A stretch of DNA of 64,000 nt from an uncultured delta proteobacterium (GTDB lineage Bacteria > Desulfobacterota > Binatia > JACPRU01): assembly GCA_963745025.1 (NCBI GenBank), contig CAVUWD010000011.1:480001-544000 (forward strand), written 5' to 3'. The first letter of the stretch is position 1. Each line of letters begins with the position of its first letter. A program made the position numbers and the translations under genes. Below, in pieces: positions 20,773 through 30,599 of the stretch. Under the pieces are notes generated by a model that made no database searches, was not told the origin of the DNA, and saw nothing but the letters and a program-made list of their open reading frames with translations.

Positions 20773-22488
20773 GTGAGGATCGTCGCGCTACTCACCGTTC
20801 GAAACGAAGAACGCTTCCTCCGCCGATGCCTTGATCATCTGGTCGGCCACGGGGTCGAGGTCTGCGTCGTGGATAACGACTCGACGGACGGCACCCCGGC
20901 AATCGCCAGGACCTTTCTCGGCCGCGGCGTCTTCCGCATCGAGCGGGCTCCGTACCGCGGTATGTTCGCATTGCACGAGCAACTTCGCGACAAGGAACGA
21001 CTCGCGGCGGAGATCGACGCCGACTGGTTCCTGCACCACGATGCGGACGAGATCCGCGAGGCGCCTCCGCCCTATTCCACGCTGCGCCAGGGGATCGAGG
21101 CCGCGGATCGCTTCGGGTCCAACGCGATCAATTTCGATGAGTTCGTGTTCCTGCCGGCGAGCGAGGACGAATCATTCGAGGGGGCGGATTACGTAGCAGC
21201 GATGCAGCACTACTATTTCTTCGAACCCCGTCCGCTGGCGCGAGTGAACGCTTGGAAGAAGCTCCCCGGCGTCGCCGTTCGCTTGGCGGAATCCGGCGGT
21301 CATTCGGCGGATTTCCCGGGCCGACGAATCTTCCCCGTTTCCTTCGTGCTTCGTCACTACGTCACGCTCAGCCGCGCACACGCGATCGCGAAGTACGCAG
21401 GGCGCGTCTATTCCCGGACGGAAGTCGCGGACAAGGGATGGCACCGGGCGCGAGCGAGCTTTGCTCCCGAACGGCTCCGTTTTCCGCCTCGCGAGCGCCT
21501 GAAGCGGATCGGTCCGCCGGGGGTCTGGGATCGTTCGGACCCGTGGCGTCGGCATGAATTCCTCGGAGAAGAGTCGCCGCGGCCGGCCGCGGCGGCAAAA
21601 TCGCAGAGGCCCGGCGCATCGGCCGATTTTCCCCCAGCCGTGTACATCGTCGGTGTGCCTCGGTCGGGAACGACGCTCTTGCGCTTGATGCTGGACGCGC
21701 ACCCCGAGGTTTCGATTCCACCCGAGACGCATTTCGTTCCAGCGGTGCTGGCGCTGCGAAGCGACGGTGACGACCTTCGTCGCGAGATCCTCGCTGTTGT
21801 GACGGGGGCCGACTCGTGGCCCGATTTCCACGTCCCCGCGGAAGCTTTCCGGCAGGCCGTCGCGGACATTCGGCCGTTCGATCGAGCGGCTGCACTCCGT
21901 TGCTTCTATCGACTCTATGGCGGCCGTTTCGGCAAGGCTCGCTGGGGCGATAAGACGCCGGGCTACACGAATCACCTGCGCGCCATCCAGGAACTGTTGC
22001 CTGAAGCGCGATTCGTTCACGTCATCCGCGACGGTCGTGACGTGGCGCTCTCGTCCCGCGACCTACGGTTCGGACCGGGCGCAGATCTCGAAGCTCAAGC
22101 CAGCAATTGGCTCTGGCGGATCCGTGAAGCGCGACAGCAAGGACAAGGATGCAATCACTACCTCGAAGTGCGTTACGAGGACCTCGTCGTCGACACGCGA
22201 GTGGTGCTCGAACGAGTCTGTCGTTTTCTAGAGCTTCCTTACGATCCCATCATGGAGGCTTACCACCACACAGCCGCGGCGCGCTTGAACGAGCTTGGCG
22301 ACCGTCGATACCCGAACGGATCGATCATGGTATCCGCAGAACGCCGTCGGTCATTTTTCGCATGGACGCTCCGTCCTCCGGACGTGTCGCGGATCGAGCG
22401 CTGGCGAACGGAGATGCCTACCGACGAGAAGCGCTGCTTCGAGGTCATCGCCCGCGACATGCTACTCGATCTAGGTTACGCATGCTGA
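20773..22488 (+). CDS. GT2-like glycosyltransferase fused to a PAPS sulfotransferase
   Basis: RNEE, DNDSTDGT and HHDADE in the N-half; VGVPRSGTTLL, WGDKTP, IRDGRDV and RYEDLV in the C-half. Confidence 0.85.
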   Translation: MRIVALLTVRNEERFLRRCLDHLVGHGVEVCVVDNDSTDGTPAIARTFLGRGVFRIERAPYRGMFALHEQLRDKERLAAEIDADWFLHHDADEIREAPPPYSTLRQGIEAADRFGSNAINFDEFVFLPASEDESFEGADYVAAMQHYYFFEPRPLARVNAWKKLPGVAVRLAESGGHSADFPGRRIFPVSFVLRHYVTLSRAHAIAKYAGRVYSRTEVADKGWHRARASFAPERLRFPPRERLKRIGPPGVWDRSDPWRRHEFLGEESPRPAAAAKSQRPGASADFPPAVYIVGVPRSGTTLLRLMLDAHPEVSIPPETHFVPAVLALRSDGDDLRREILAVVTGADSWPDFHVPAEAFRQAVADIRPFDRAAALRCFYRLYGGRFGKARWGDKTPGYTNHLRAIQELLPEARFVHVIRDGRDVALSSRDLRFGPGADLEAQASNWLWRIREARQQGQGCNHYLEVRYEDLVVDTRVVLERVCRFLELPYDPIMEAYHHTAAARLNELGDRRYPNGSIMVSAERRRSFFAWTLRPPDVSRIERWRTEMPTDEKRCFEVIARDMLLDLGYAC

Positions 22489-22574
22489 ACGACCCGATCA
22501 TCATCGGCGGCTGCGATCGCTCGGGAACGAGCCTGCTGCGACGCATGCTGCACGGACATTCGCGGATCCACTGA
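22482..22574 (+). pseudogene. Truncated sulfotransferase (N-terminal 30 aa only)
   Basis: MLNDPIIIGGCDRSGTSLLRRMLHGHSRIH* is a PAPS-binding N-terminus, coupled to the upstream stop and ending at the convergent gene. Confidence 0.7.
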
Positions 22575-22578
22575 CGCC

Positions 22579-23484
22579 TCAATCGCAGCGCGTTTCGAAG
22601 CCTAGGCCTTTCACGTACGCGACGTCCTCGACGTCGAAAACGTCCAGCCCGAATTTCCTGAAGCGTCCTTTGGAGCTTGGTGCGTGCACCACATTCTCCA
22701 GAGCCCGCTGGTCGTCGGCCCGCTCGCCGAGGAACCGGAGGAGCCTGTCGAGACCTTCGTGCGGCGACGAACAGAGACGGTCGTAGTCGAGCAGCAAAAA
22801 CCGCCCCGGCATCGTTTCCCCGACTGCCAGGACGCGTCGATGGACGGCGCACCAATACTTCAAAGACCACCGCGGGCTCACGCTGTAGTCATGCGTCCCC
22901 AAGAATGAGGGACCCCAGAAGAGGAGCTGGCTCTGGTTCGAGCTGTGCGCCATGTCTAGGCCGTTTCTCATCACGTGGACGTATTTCATCTCCGGAAACG
23001 CAACCACGAGCCGATCGAGGAAGACGTGCGTGTTCGGCTCCTTCCATCCCCAGCGCCGAGGGGACCGGCCGGTTCTTCGCAGCGAAGCGAAATGCTTCGC
23101 GAGCCACTGCCGCCAACGTGGCGCGCGCCCCGCGGCGCGCACCAGCGAGTCCACGCGCGCGCGGAGCCACGCGGCGTCGTGCTGTGGCCGATCCTGTGCC
23201 GCGAGGCCATGCACCCACGCCACCTGGGCATCCGTGAGAGGCAGGCCATCCGCCATCACGCTCCGGAAGATGTCGACAGCTCGATCGAAGCTCTGCGAGC
23301 TCCGGTCAGCCCTCCCTAGCTCGGCCCGTTTGAAGAGCAGCGTGAACCAAAGATTGTCCGTGGCCTCATTCAAATCTCCGCCGAGGTAGTAACCGAGCCG
23401 TCGGAGAAGCTCCGCGACCAAGCGCGTGCCGCTCCCTCCCACGCCGCCGACAGCCACGGGCGGAACCGAGACGCGACTCCACAT
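22579..23484 (-). CDS. Sulfotransferase family protein
   Basis: GGVGGSGTR, WGWKEP, RNGLDMA and YDRLC motifs; GAGGGAGG RBS. Confidence 0.8.
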   Translation of the reverse strand: MWSRVSVPPVAVGGVGGSGTRLVAELLRRLGYYLGGDLNEATDNLWFTLLFKRAELGRADRSSQSFDRAVDIFRSVMADGLPLTDAQVAWVHGLAAQDRPQHDAAWLRARVDSLVRAAGRAPRWRQWLAKHFASLRRTGRSPRRWGWKEPNTHVFLDRLVVAFPEMKYVHVMRNGLDMAHSSNQSQLLFWGPSFLGTHDYSVSPRWSLKYWCAVHRRVLAVGETMPGRFLLLDYDRLCSSPHEGLDRLLRFLGERADDQRALENVVHAPSSKGRFRKFGLDVFDVEDVAYVKGLGFETRCD

Positions 23485-23611
23485 CCTGCCTCCCTCCCGC
23501 TGGACTGGCGGATCCGTTTTCACGACTGGCGAACCAGTCGCCGCAGGACTTCTTGACGCAGCGTTCGCCCGGCCGCTACACCGTTCTTTGCACTCATTCA
23601 ATCAGGATCAC

Positions 23612-23665
23612 GGACGCCGAGGAGGGCGTGACGGATGCTCCACACCATGCTTCGGCTCGGCGATC
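23612..23665 (+). repeat. Degenerate copy of the gloA RBS and first codons
   Basis: Matches 28904-28966 apart from a 7-bp deletion removing the ATG, a 2-bp deletion and two substitutions. Confidence 0.7.
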
Positions 23666-23723
23666 GTTTGGACGCCATCGTCGGAATCCCGCCCGGGCTC
23701 CGCTCCTTGGAAGGATCCGGGTC

Positions 23724-24422
23724 ATGAGGGTCGCGGTCGTCACTCCTTATTACAAGGAATCGCTCGAGGTCCTGCGCAACTGCCACGAGAGCGTGACGCG
23801 CCAAAGGCATCCCTGTCTTCACGTGATGGTCAGCGACGGGAATCCGCGGCCGGAGCTCGCGAGCTGGCCAATCGATCACGTCACATTGCCCCGGCTCCAC
23901 GCCGACGTCGGCTCGACGCCGCGACTGATCGGCTCGTATCACGCGATCGGCCTCGGCTTCGATGCGGTCGCGTTTCTCGATGCGGACAATTGGTATCGAG
24001 AAGACCACATCGAGAGTCTGGTACGCTTGCATCAGACGACGCGCGCCGGCCTGGTCTCGTCTTCGCGTATGTTGTGTCGACTCGACGGGTCGGTGATGGG
24101 GCCGTGCCCGATCAGCGACCCGGACAAGTTCGTCGACACCAGTTGCATGATGGTGACACGCGCTGGTTTTCGCATCCTCGCGCAGTGGGTGCTGATGCCG
24201 CCGTATGCCCACCTCATCGGCGACCGTGTGATGCTCTACTACTTCAAGCAAGCCGGCGTGTGTCACGCGCACTCGGGCGCGCCGAGCGTCTTCTATCGAT
24301 GCGGCAAGGAGGGCCCCTACCGAAAGATGGGAGAGCCGATCCCTGCCGAAGTCAAGCCTCCGCCGGATTACGATTCTTCCTTTCGAAAGTGGATCGAGGA
24401 CGGAAACCCGCCTTTGATCTAG
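23724..24422 (+). CDS. Glycosyltransferase family 2 (GT-A)
   Basis: MRVAVVTPYY, VSDG, AFLDADN and FVDTSC motifs. Confidence 0.8.
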   Translation: MRVAVVTPYYKESLEVLRNCHESVTRQRHPCLHVMVSDGNPRPELASWPIDHVTLPRLHADVGSTPRLIGSYHAIGLGFDAVAFLDADNWYREDHIESLVRLHQTTRAGLVSSSRMLCRLDGSVMGPCPISDPDKFVDTSCMMVTRAGFRILAQWVLMPPYAHLIGDRVMLYYFKQAGVCHAHSGAPSVFYRCGKEGPYRKMGEPIPAEVKPPPDYDSSFRKWIEDGNPPLI

Positions 24423-24435
24423 GCTCGGAGGTCGA

Positions 24436-25173
24436 TCAGCCCTCGGCGAGCATCGAGGCGTACCCCGCCCTCTCGATCAGTTCACGGATCGCGTCGTAAT
24501 TGACGAGAATCTCGGCCAGAGAGAAGGGGTTGGTGCGTGAAAACAGCACCTCGACCTCGCCCGGTTCGATGCCGAGAAATGCGCACACCTTCCGGTAGCC
24601 GATTCGCGGGTCTCTCTCCAGGTCCTCTTCGTAGACCACTTCGCAGTGAGGATGCCGGGCGAGCAATGATCCGAGTCGCGCATACGCGTCGTCGAACTCG
24701 CGGAACCAGGCGAGGAGGGATTGCCTCTTTTCCCCGACGCGGATCGAGTGCGGGTCGAGCACGATGCGGTGGAGCGTCGCGACTGAGCGCCGTCCGACGT
24801 GATATCGTCCGTTCGCTTCCGCGACGCAGTGCGAGACCATTCGGCGCAGATGGTTGCGGCGCTTGAGGATCACGAACCGGTCGAAGCCGCGCTCGAGAAA
24901 CATCGCGAGCATGTCGGTCGGGTTGGTGCCGAAAATGTCGGGGTGCTGCGCGTCGAGGAACTTGACTTCGATCGCTTGCACCGGCTTTTGCTTACGAGCA
25001 GACACTGCCGCGACCGTCTCGCTCATACTGGGAATTTGTTGACCGGCACGCTTCCGTAACAGGAGCGGCCGGAAGATCTCGTTCTCCCACTGGACCGCGG
25101 GATTCTGATTGAGCGTGCTTCCAAGGACCGTGCTCCCGCAACGCCCGATGTGCCAGATGACGACGTCGCCCAT
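24436..25173 (-). CDS. Sulfotransferase (Stf0-like)
   Basis: HIGRCGST, LKRRNHLRRMVS and YEEDL motifs. Confidence 0.75.
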   Translation of the reverse strand: MGDVVIWHIGRCGSTVLGSTLNQNPAVQWENEIFRPLLLRKRAGQQIPSMSETVAAVSARKQKPVQAIEVKFLDAQHPDIFGTNPTDMLAMFLERGFDRFVILKRRNHLRRMVSHCVAEANGRYHVGRRSVATLHRIVLDPHSIRVGEKRQSLLAWFREFDDAYARLGSLLARHPHCEVVYEEDLERDPRIGYRKVCAFLGIEPGEVEVLFSRTNPFSLAEILVNYDAIRELIERAGYASMLAEG

Positions 25174-25178
25174 GGGGC

Positions 25179-25733
25179 TCAGACCGGCTCGGTCCGGTAC
25201 GAGTGAGGGAAAGCGCTCCCGGGTACCGGCAGCCCGAGGAAGCGGCAGAGCGGCGGGTAGTCGAGCTCGTTCTCCGTGCGGAGCGACAGAAAGTTCGATC
25301 GGCCTCGGAAGAAATCCGCCACGGCCTCGTTGTGTCGTCGATAGACCTCCAGATGTCGCTCTTCGTGCCCGTGAAGCATGGCATGGCCATAGACGATGCG
25401 TCGGGCTTCGGTGGGTCCCGTGCGCTCGGCATGGCGCATCAGGCTCTTCAGCCAGGAGCTCGGTTCTCTCACGGTGAGAATGAACCGCGCGTCGCGATAC
25501 CGCTCGGCGAGCTCCCGGTAGAGGAGCGGCCATGGCCAGTCGCGAAGCGCATCGTAGCTCTCGGCGACGGCGAGGATCGAGGAGCGCTCACCGGCCGCGT
25601 AACGGCCGAGCAATTCGCCGTCGAACCCTTTGCAGCGCAGACCGAGAGCCTCCAGAGCATGGTGCAGCGAGGTGGTGCCGGTCTTGTGGAAGCCGACGCA
25701 AAAGACCTTGGGTGCCGTGGTCACGATCGTCAC
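25179..25733 (-). CDS. Sulfotransferase-like protein (Sulfotransfer_4 type)
   Basis: KVFCVGFHKTGTTSL, DWPW, FILTVR..WLKS and LCRFLG..P...FPH motifs. Confidence 0.8.
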   Translation of the reverse strand: MTIVTTAPKVFCVGFHKTGTTSLHHALEALGLRCKGFDGELLGRYAAGERSSILAVAESYDALRDWPWPLLYRELAERYRDARFILTVREPSSWLKSLMRHAERTGPTEARRIVYGHAMLHGHEERHLEVYRRHNEAVADFFRGRSNFLSLRTENELDYPPLCRFLGLPVPGSAFPHSYRTEPV

Positions 25734-25743
25734 GCTCCGGACC

Positions 25744-26502
25744 TCATTCTCGCGCGCGCCGCATCAATTCGTCGAACACGTCCTGCGTCGCACCATCGAT
25801 CGCAAACTCGGAGTGCGACCGCTTCAAGGAACGAGTGGGAAACGACCGGTCGACCGCCGTGTTGCTGAACGCTTCGATTCGTTCCAGAACGCGAGGCTCG
25901 AAGAGGTCGTCGTAGTGGAGGAAGAGCCATCGTCCGTGCCGGCAGTGCCGTGCGAGGACTCGTTGATACATCAATCGCCAGAGCTCGAAGGCTTGCGAAA
26001 CGCTGATGGCGAAGTCGTGAAGGTAAGTCGCGGTCCGCACTTCGGTGAACATGCTCGCCACCACCTCGCCCGGATGCCGAAAGACGCCGATCATGCGCGC
26101 CTGCGGGGCTTCGCGGCGCCAGTTCTCGAGGGTGTAGCAAAAGCGCGGATCCTTGAAGCAGAAGGGCGACCGGGCGACCTGGGCGCGAATGCGCGCTCGC
26201 TCACGTTCGCCGGCCTCCACCTCGACCTCCATCGGGAGCCGTGCGAGCCATAGCTGACCGCGGCCAGGGGCATCCATTCCATAGGGCAGGCCGTCGTGGA
26301 CGGTCCGTCGGGGCAGGAGCGGGCGAAGAATGTCCTCGTTGATTCCGTTGATCTCCGCGTCTTCGAAGAAGCCAAGCGAGTTGCTGATCCGAGGCTTCAC
26401 CAGACGCTCGCCCATGAACGCCCCGGTGGCGCGAAAGAGGCCCGCAACCATGCTCGTACCGCTTCGGCCGGAGCCCGTGATGAAGAGATCAAACAAGGGC
26501 AT
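25744..26502 (-). CDS. Sulfotransferase family protein
   Basis: ITGSGRSGTS, GFFED, FKDPR, FRHP and HYDDL motifs. Confidence 0.8.
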   Translation of the reverse strand: MPLFDLFITGSGRSGTSMVAGLFRATGAFMGERLVKPRISNSLGFFEDAEINGINEDILRPLLPRRTVHDGLPYGMDAPGRGQLWLARLPMEVEVEAGERERARIRAQVARSPFCFKDPRFCYTLENWRREAPQARMIGVFRHPGEVVASMFTEVRTATYLHDFAISVSQAFELWRLMYQRVLARHCRHGRWLFLHYDDLFEPRVLERIEAFSNTAVDRSFPTRSLKRSHSEFAIDGATQDVFDELMRRARE

Positions 26503-26645
26503 CTCCGCTCCGATCCATTTCGTCCGCTCTTACCCGTGGGGTTCTCTCCGGACAAGCGCCTGACCACCGCGGCTTACGCGCGAACAGAGCGGAGCCCGCG
26601 ACGTCCAGTCGAACGGCGGGATCAATGTCCGCCGTCTCGCACGTC

Positions 26646-27905
26646 TTACCGCGGCGACCTACCCCTCCGGCGACGACGCCCCGGCGGCGCCGCGTACCCG
26701 CGCGAACGCTGCCGGTGCGGACGATCCCTCGCCTCGGTCGAGACGCCCGGCGGAACGTGCTCGTGAACCCCATGGTCGAAGCTCGGCAGGAACACGCGCG
26801 GCAGCGCCGAGCCGATCCTCTTCTCGATTTCCACGAGTTCGTGCTCTTCCTCGGGCGATACGAATGTGATGACCTCTCCGACCGCGCCCGCGCGCGCCGT
26901 GCGTCCCCCGCGATGAACGTAGTCGTCGGCCGAGAAGGGCACGTTCAGATTGACGACGTGCGAGATGCCTTCGACGTCGATGCCGCGCGACGCCACGTCC
27001 GTCGCCACCAGCACGGGCGTCGCGCCGCGGCGGAAGGATTCGAGCGCCGCGATGCGCTCGTCCTGGGAGCGATCGGCGTGGATGCTGGTCGCGCGCACGC
27101 CCGAACGCACGATCTGTCGGGCCACCCGGTCGGCGTCCGACTTGCGCTTGACGAACACCAGCACCGAGCGCATCGCTTCGTGGCGAAGCAGCGTGGTGAG
27201 CAGGGCGAGCTTGCGCGCTTCGGCGACAGGATAGACGCTCTGCACGATGCCCGCCGCGGGCCTCTGGGCGCCGACCACGATCTTCACGGGATCGCGGAGG
27301 ATCGCGCCGGCGAGATCGACGATGGCCGGCGCCATGGTCGCCGAGAACATCATCGTCTGGCGCTCGGAGGGGAGCACGGCGAGGATGCGGCGGATGTCCG
27401 GGAGGAATCCCATGTCGAGCATGCGATCGGCCTCGTCGAGCACGAGCACCTCGAGACCGGCGAGGTCCACGTAGGCGAAGCGCATGTGGTCGAGGAGCCG
27501 GCCGGGCGTCGCGACGACGATCTCCGCCCCGGCTCGAAGCGCCCGCTCCTGCGGTCGCATGTCCATGCCCCCCACCACCGAAACCGCCGTCAGCCCGACG
27601 TGATAGCCGAGCGCGAGCACTTGCTCGTCGATCTGAAGAGCCAGCTCGCGCGTGGGAGCGAGCACCAGCGCGCGACACTTGCCGCGTCCTGCGCGAGAGA
27701 GGCGCTGCAGGATCGGCAGCACGAACGCGGCGGTCTTGCCCGTGCCCGTCGAAGCGCAGCCGATCAAATCGCGGCCGGCGAGCGCGACGGGGATCGACTC
27801 TGCCTGGATCGGCGTCGGCCGCGCATAGCCCATGTCGGCCACCGCGGCTTTCAGCTCCGGCATCAACGCGAACTGGTCGAAGGAGGTCGTCGTCGTGTGA
27901 GGCAT
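26646..27905 (-). CDS. DEAD-box RNA helicase (RhlE-like)
   Basis: PTPIQ, TGTGKT, PTRELA, TPGRL, DEAD, SAT and HRGGRTARAG motifs; basic C-terminal tail. Confidence 0.95.
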   Translation of the reverse strand: MPHTTTTSFDQFALMPELKAAVADMGYARPTPIQAESIPVALAGRDLIGCASTGTGKTAAFVLPILQRLSRAGRGKCRALVLAPTRELALQIDEQVLALGYHVGLTAVSVVGGMDMRPQERALRAGAEIVVATPGRLLDHMRFAYVDLAGLEVLVLDEADRMLDMGFLPDIRRILAVLPSERQTMMFSATMAPAIVDLAGAILRDPVKIVVGAQRPAAGIVQSVYPVAEARKLALLTTLLRHEAMRSVLVFVKRKSDADRVARQIVRSGVRATSIHADRSQDERIAALESFRRGATPVLVATDVASRGIDVEGISHVVNLNVPFSADDYVHRGGRTARAGAVGEVITFVSPEEEHELVEIEKRIGSALPRVFLPSFDHGVHEHVPPGVSTEARDRPHRQRSRGYAAPPGRRRRRGRSPR

Positions 27906-27915
27906 GCGTCGTGGC

Positions 27916-28017
27916 GGGGACGTTCTTGACCTTCGTAACCTTCGCCGTGCTCTCTCCTTACAAGATTTCGTCAACGCGAGGAACACGACGAAGGTTACGA
28001 AGGTCAAGAACGTCCCC
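27916..28017. mobile_element. MITE-like element, copy 2
   Basis: Same 27-bp terminal inverted repeats as 8097-8199; related but diverged interior. Confidence 0.7.
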
Positions 28018-28059
28018 GTCGGTCGACCCGGAGGGATGCAAGCGCAAACGTGATCCGCT

Positions 28060-28878
28060 ATGCCTGGTGCTCGAATCATGAGTGCCGAAGAGTCCCCGCG
28101 GTTGCACTACGACGTGCACGACGGCAACGGCCCTTATGCGCTGCTCGTCCATGGCATGCTCTCGAGTCGGAGCCAGTGGCTCTCGAACCTCGATGCGCTC
28201 CGCGCCGTCTGCCGGCCCGTCGTCGTCGAGCTCTTCGGGCACGGGCGATCGTCCACCCCGGAGGACCCATTCGCCTATTCTCCCGCCGGCTATGTCGACG
28301 AGTTCGAGCGCTTGCGGCGGGCACTCGGGGTCGATCATTGGCTTCTTTGCGGCTATTCGCTCGGCGCGGCGCTCACGGTTCGATACGCGCTCGACCACCC
28401 CGAGCGCGTGATCGTTCAGGCGTTCACCAACTCGATGTCGGCGTTCGCGGACGCCGCGTGGCGAGACCGAGTCTCACCTTCGATCGAAGCCGTCGCTCGC
28501 GCACTCGAGGAGCACGGCCGAAGCGCTCTCGAGTCGTTGCCGATGAATCCGAGCCGCGGCCAGAGGCTTCCCGCCGCCGCGCGCGAGGCGCTCGTCGCCG
28601 ACTATCGCTTGCACGATCCTCGCGGTGTTGCGCGGACGTTCCGTCATACGGTCCTCGGCTCGCCGCTCGGCGAACGGCTCTCGGAAAACCGCGTACCCGC
28701 GCTGCTCGTCGCGGGACGGCGCGAAGCGGCGTTCGCGCCCCATCGGCGCCGCGCCGAGCAGAGCATGCCCGCGCTCGAGGTCGTCGAGCTCGACACCGGC
28801 CATGCCGTCAACCTCGAAGACGCCACCGGCTTCAACACCGCGCTGACGCGGTTCTTCAGACGGGCCGCGACGCGATAG
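28060..28878 (+). CDS. Alpha/beta hydrolase (MenH-like fold)
   Basis: LVHG, GHGRS, GYSLG nucleophile elbow and GHAVNLE. Confidence 0.85.
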   Translation: MPGARIMSAEESPRLHYDVHDGNGPYALLVHGMLSSRSQWLSNLDALRAVCRPVVVELFGHGRSSTPEDPFAYSPAGYVDEFERLRRALGVDHWLLCGYSLGAALTVRYALDHPERVIVQAFTNSMSAFADAAWRDRVSPSIEAVARALEEHGRSALESLPMNPSRGQRLPAAAREALVADYRLHDPRGVARTFRHTVLGSPLGERLSENRVPALLVAGRREAAFAPHRRRAEQSMPALEVVELDTGHAVNLEDATGFNTALTRFFRRAATR

Positions 28879-28930
28879 TGGACGGCGCCGCGCGCGGCTG
28901 GTAGGGACGCCCCGAGGAGGGCGTGACGCC

Positions 28931-29326
28931 ATGCGGATGCTCCACACCATGCTTCGGGTCGGCAATCTCGAGCGCTCACTGCAGTTCTATTGCGACGTGC
29001 TCGGCATGAAGCAGCTCCGGCGGAAGGACTACCCTTCCGGTCGCTTTACGCTCGCCTTCGTCGGCTACGGTGACGAGGACACGCACACCGTGCTCGAGCT
29101 CACGCACAACTGGGACACCGATCACTACGCTCTCGGCTCCGGCTACGGCCACGTCGCGCTCGGCGTCGACGACATTTACGAAGCCTGCCGTCAGATCCGC
29201 GCCAAAGGCGGAAACATCGTCCGCGAGCCCGGACCGATGCAGCACGGCGGCACCGAGATCGCGTTCGTCGAGGATCCGGACGGCTACCGCATCGAGCTCA
29301 TCCAGCTGGGCGGCCGCAACGACTGA
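28931..29326 (+). CDS. gloA: Lactoylglutathione lyase (glyoxalase I)
   Basis: [23 protein letters not shown] and [10 protein letters not shown] motifs. Confidence 0.95.
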   Translation: MRMLHTMLRVGNLERSLQFYCDVLGMKQLRRKDYPSGRFTLAFVGYGDEDTHTVLELTHNWDTDHYALGSGYGHVALGVDDIYEACRQIRAKGGNIVREPGPMQHGGTEIAFVEDPDGYRIELIQLGGRND

Positions 29327-29392
29327 AACGAACCGAGGGCGACCGCTTCTCACGCACAATTGGGGCTCACGCATCGGCTCCATGCATGGATC

Positions 29393-29426
29393 TTGCAAAT
29401 GAATGATTTTCCAGTTATTCATTCAT
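29393..29426 (+). promoter_or_regulatory. Putative promoter/operator of the RES-Xre TA operon
   Basis: TTGCAA followed by inverted repeat ATGAATGA-N12-TCATTCAT in an AT-rich patch just before the ATG. Confidence 0.5.
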
Positions 29427-29429
29427 CTG

Positions 29430-29807
29430 ATGAAGCCGCGCCCTCACGCTCAGGCGACCCATGATCCCGAAGCCGTTCTGGCAAAGGCCGCGCTCTCCGC
29501 GGCCCGCTGCCTCGGCCTCACCAACCGGGAGCTGGCGAAGATCCTCGGAACGAGCGAAGCGTCGGTTTCTCGACTGCACCGACAACGGGCGCTTCGGCTC
29601 GGCAGCCGCGAAGCCGAGCTCGCCGCGCTGTTCGTGCGGTTGTTTCGCAGCCTCGACACGTTGACCGGCGGAGACGAGGCGAAGGCACGCGCCTGGTACG
29701 GTGCGCCGAACTCTCATCTGGCAGGGGTTCCGGCCGAGCGCGTCTCGTCGGTGGAGGGGCTCGTCGGTGTCGTCCAGTATCTGGACGCGATGCGCGGGAA
29801 GCTCTGA
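29430..29807 (+). CDS. Xre/MbcA/ParS-type antitoxin
   Basis: HTH (LAKILGTSEASVSR) and C-terminal W..PN..L...P...GL..V..YLD motif; overlaps the RES gene. Confidence 0.85.
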   Translation: MKPRPHAQATHDPEAVLAKAALSAARCLGLTNRELAKILGTSEASVSRLHRQRALRLGSREAELAALFVRLFRSLDTLTGGDEAKARAWYGAPNSHLAGVPAERVSSVEGLVGVVQYLDAMRGKL

Positions 29808-30522
29808 GATCCGCGCGCTCGCATCGGAGCCTTGGCGGGTCGTCGAGGCGCAGCATCAGATCTCGACCCGCAAGCTCGTCGACAGCGACGAGGAGCAAGC
29901 GATCCTCGAGGAAGTCCTCGAGCGGACGAAGCCTCCCCTTCCCGAAGGCCCGCGTCTCCACTACTTGCTCTTCACGTCGTTCCGTTACCCGCCGCTTCGC
30001 CACGGATCGCGCTTCGGATCTCGCCACGAGCGCGGAATCTGGTACGGCTCCGAGAGCCTGCGGGCGGCGTTCGCCGAGGTCGCGTATTACAGGCTCCTCT
30101 TCCTCGAGGGCACGGAGGCCGACCTCGGTCCCGTCGACGCGGATCTCTCGACGTTCAACATCCGCGTGAAGACGCGACGGGGCATCGACCTGACCGCGAA
30201 ACCGTTCGATCGCTGGCGCTCCCTGCTGACCTCCAGGACGAGCTACGTTGCGACGCAGGCCCTCGGCACGGCGATGCGCGAGGTCGGCGTCGAGGCCTTC
30301 CGCTACGCTTCCGCGCGCGACACCGAGGGCGGCATCAACGTCGGCCTCTTCGCGTCAACCGCCTTCGCGGCACGAAGGCCGCGGCATCTCCATGCCTGGC
30401 ACTCCGTCGCCACCCGCGACGCCGTCGAGTTCTCCAAGCGAGATTACTTTTCTCGGGAAGCCCACCGCTTCCCGAGAGAACAGTTCCTCGTCAGAGGCTC
30501 GCTGCCGAGCCCCGCGACGTAG
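29767..30522 (+). CDS. RES-domain toxin (NAD+ phosphorylase family)
   Basis: WRVVE, FRYPP..GSRF, AEVAYY, Y..TQ and YASAR motifs. Confidence 0.85.
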   Translation: MSSSIWTRCAGSSEIRALASEPWRVVEAQHQISTRKLVDSDEEQAILEEVLERTKPPLPEGPRLHYLLFTSFRYPPLRHGSRFGSRHERGIWYGSESLRAAFAEVAYYRLLFLEGTEADLGPVDADLSTFNIRVKTRRGIDLTAKPFDRWRSLLTSRTSYVATQALGTAMREVGVEAFRYASARDTEGGINVGLFASTAFAARRPRHLHAWHSVATRDAVEFSKRDYFSREAHRFPREQFLVRGSLPSPAT

Positions 30523-30599
30523 CACGCATTCGCTTTCTGGGACGCTCCTGCTTCGCAGGAACGCGGCCCGGAACGCCCCCCAACCCCCGTCCCTAGCCG

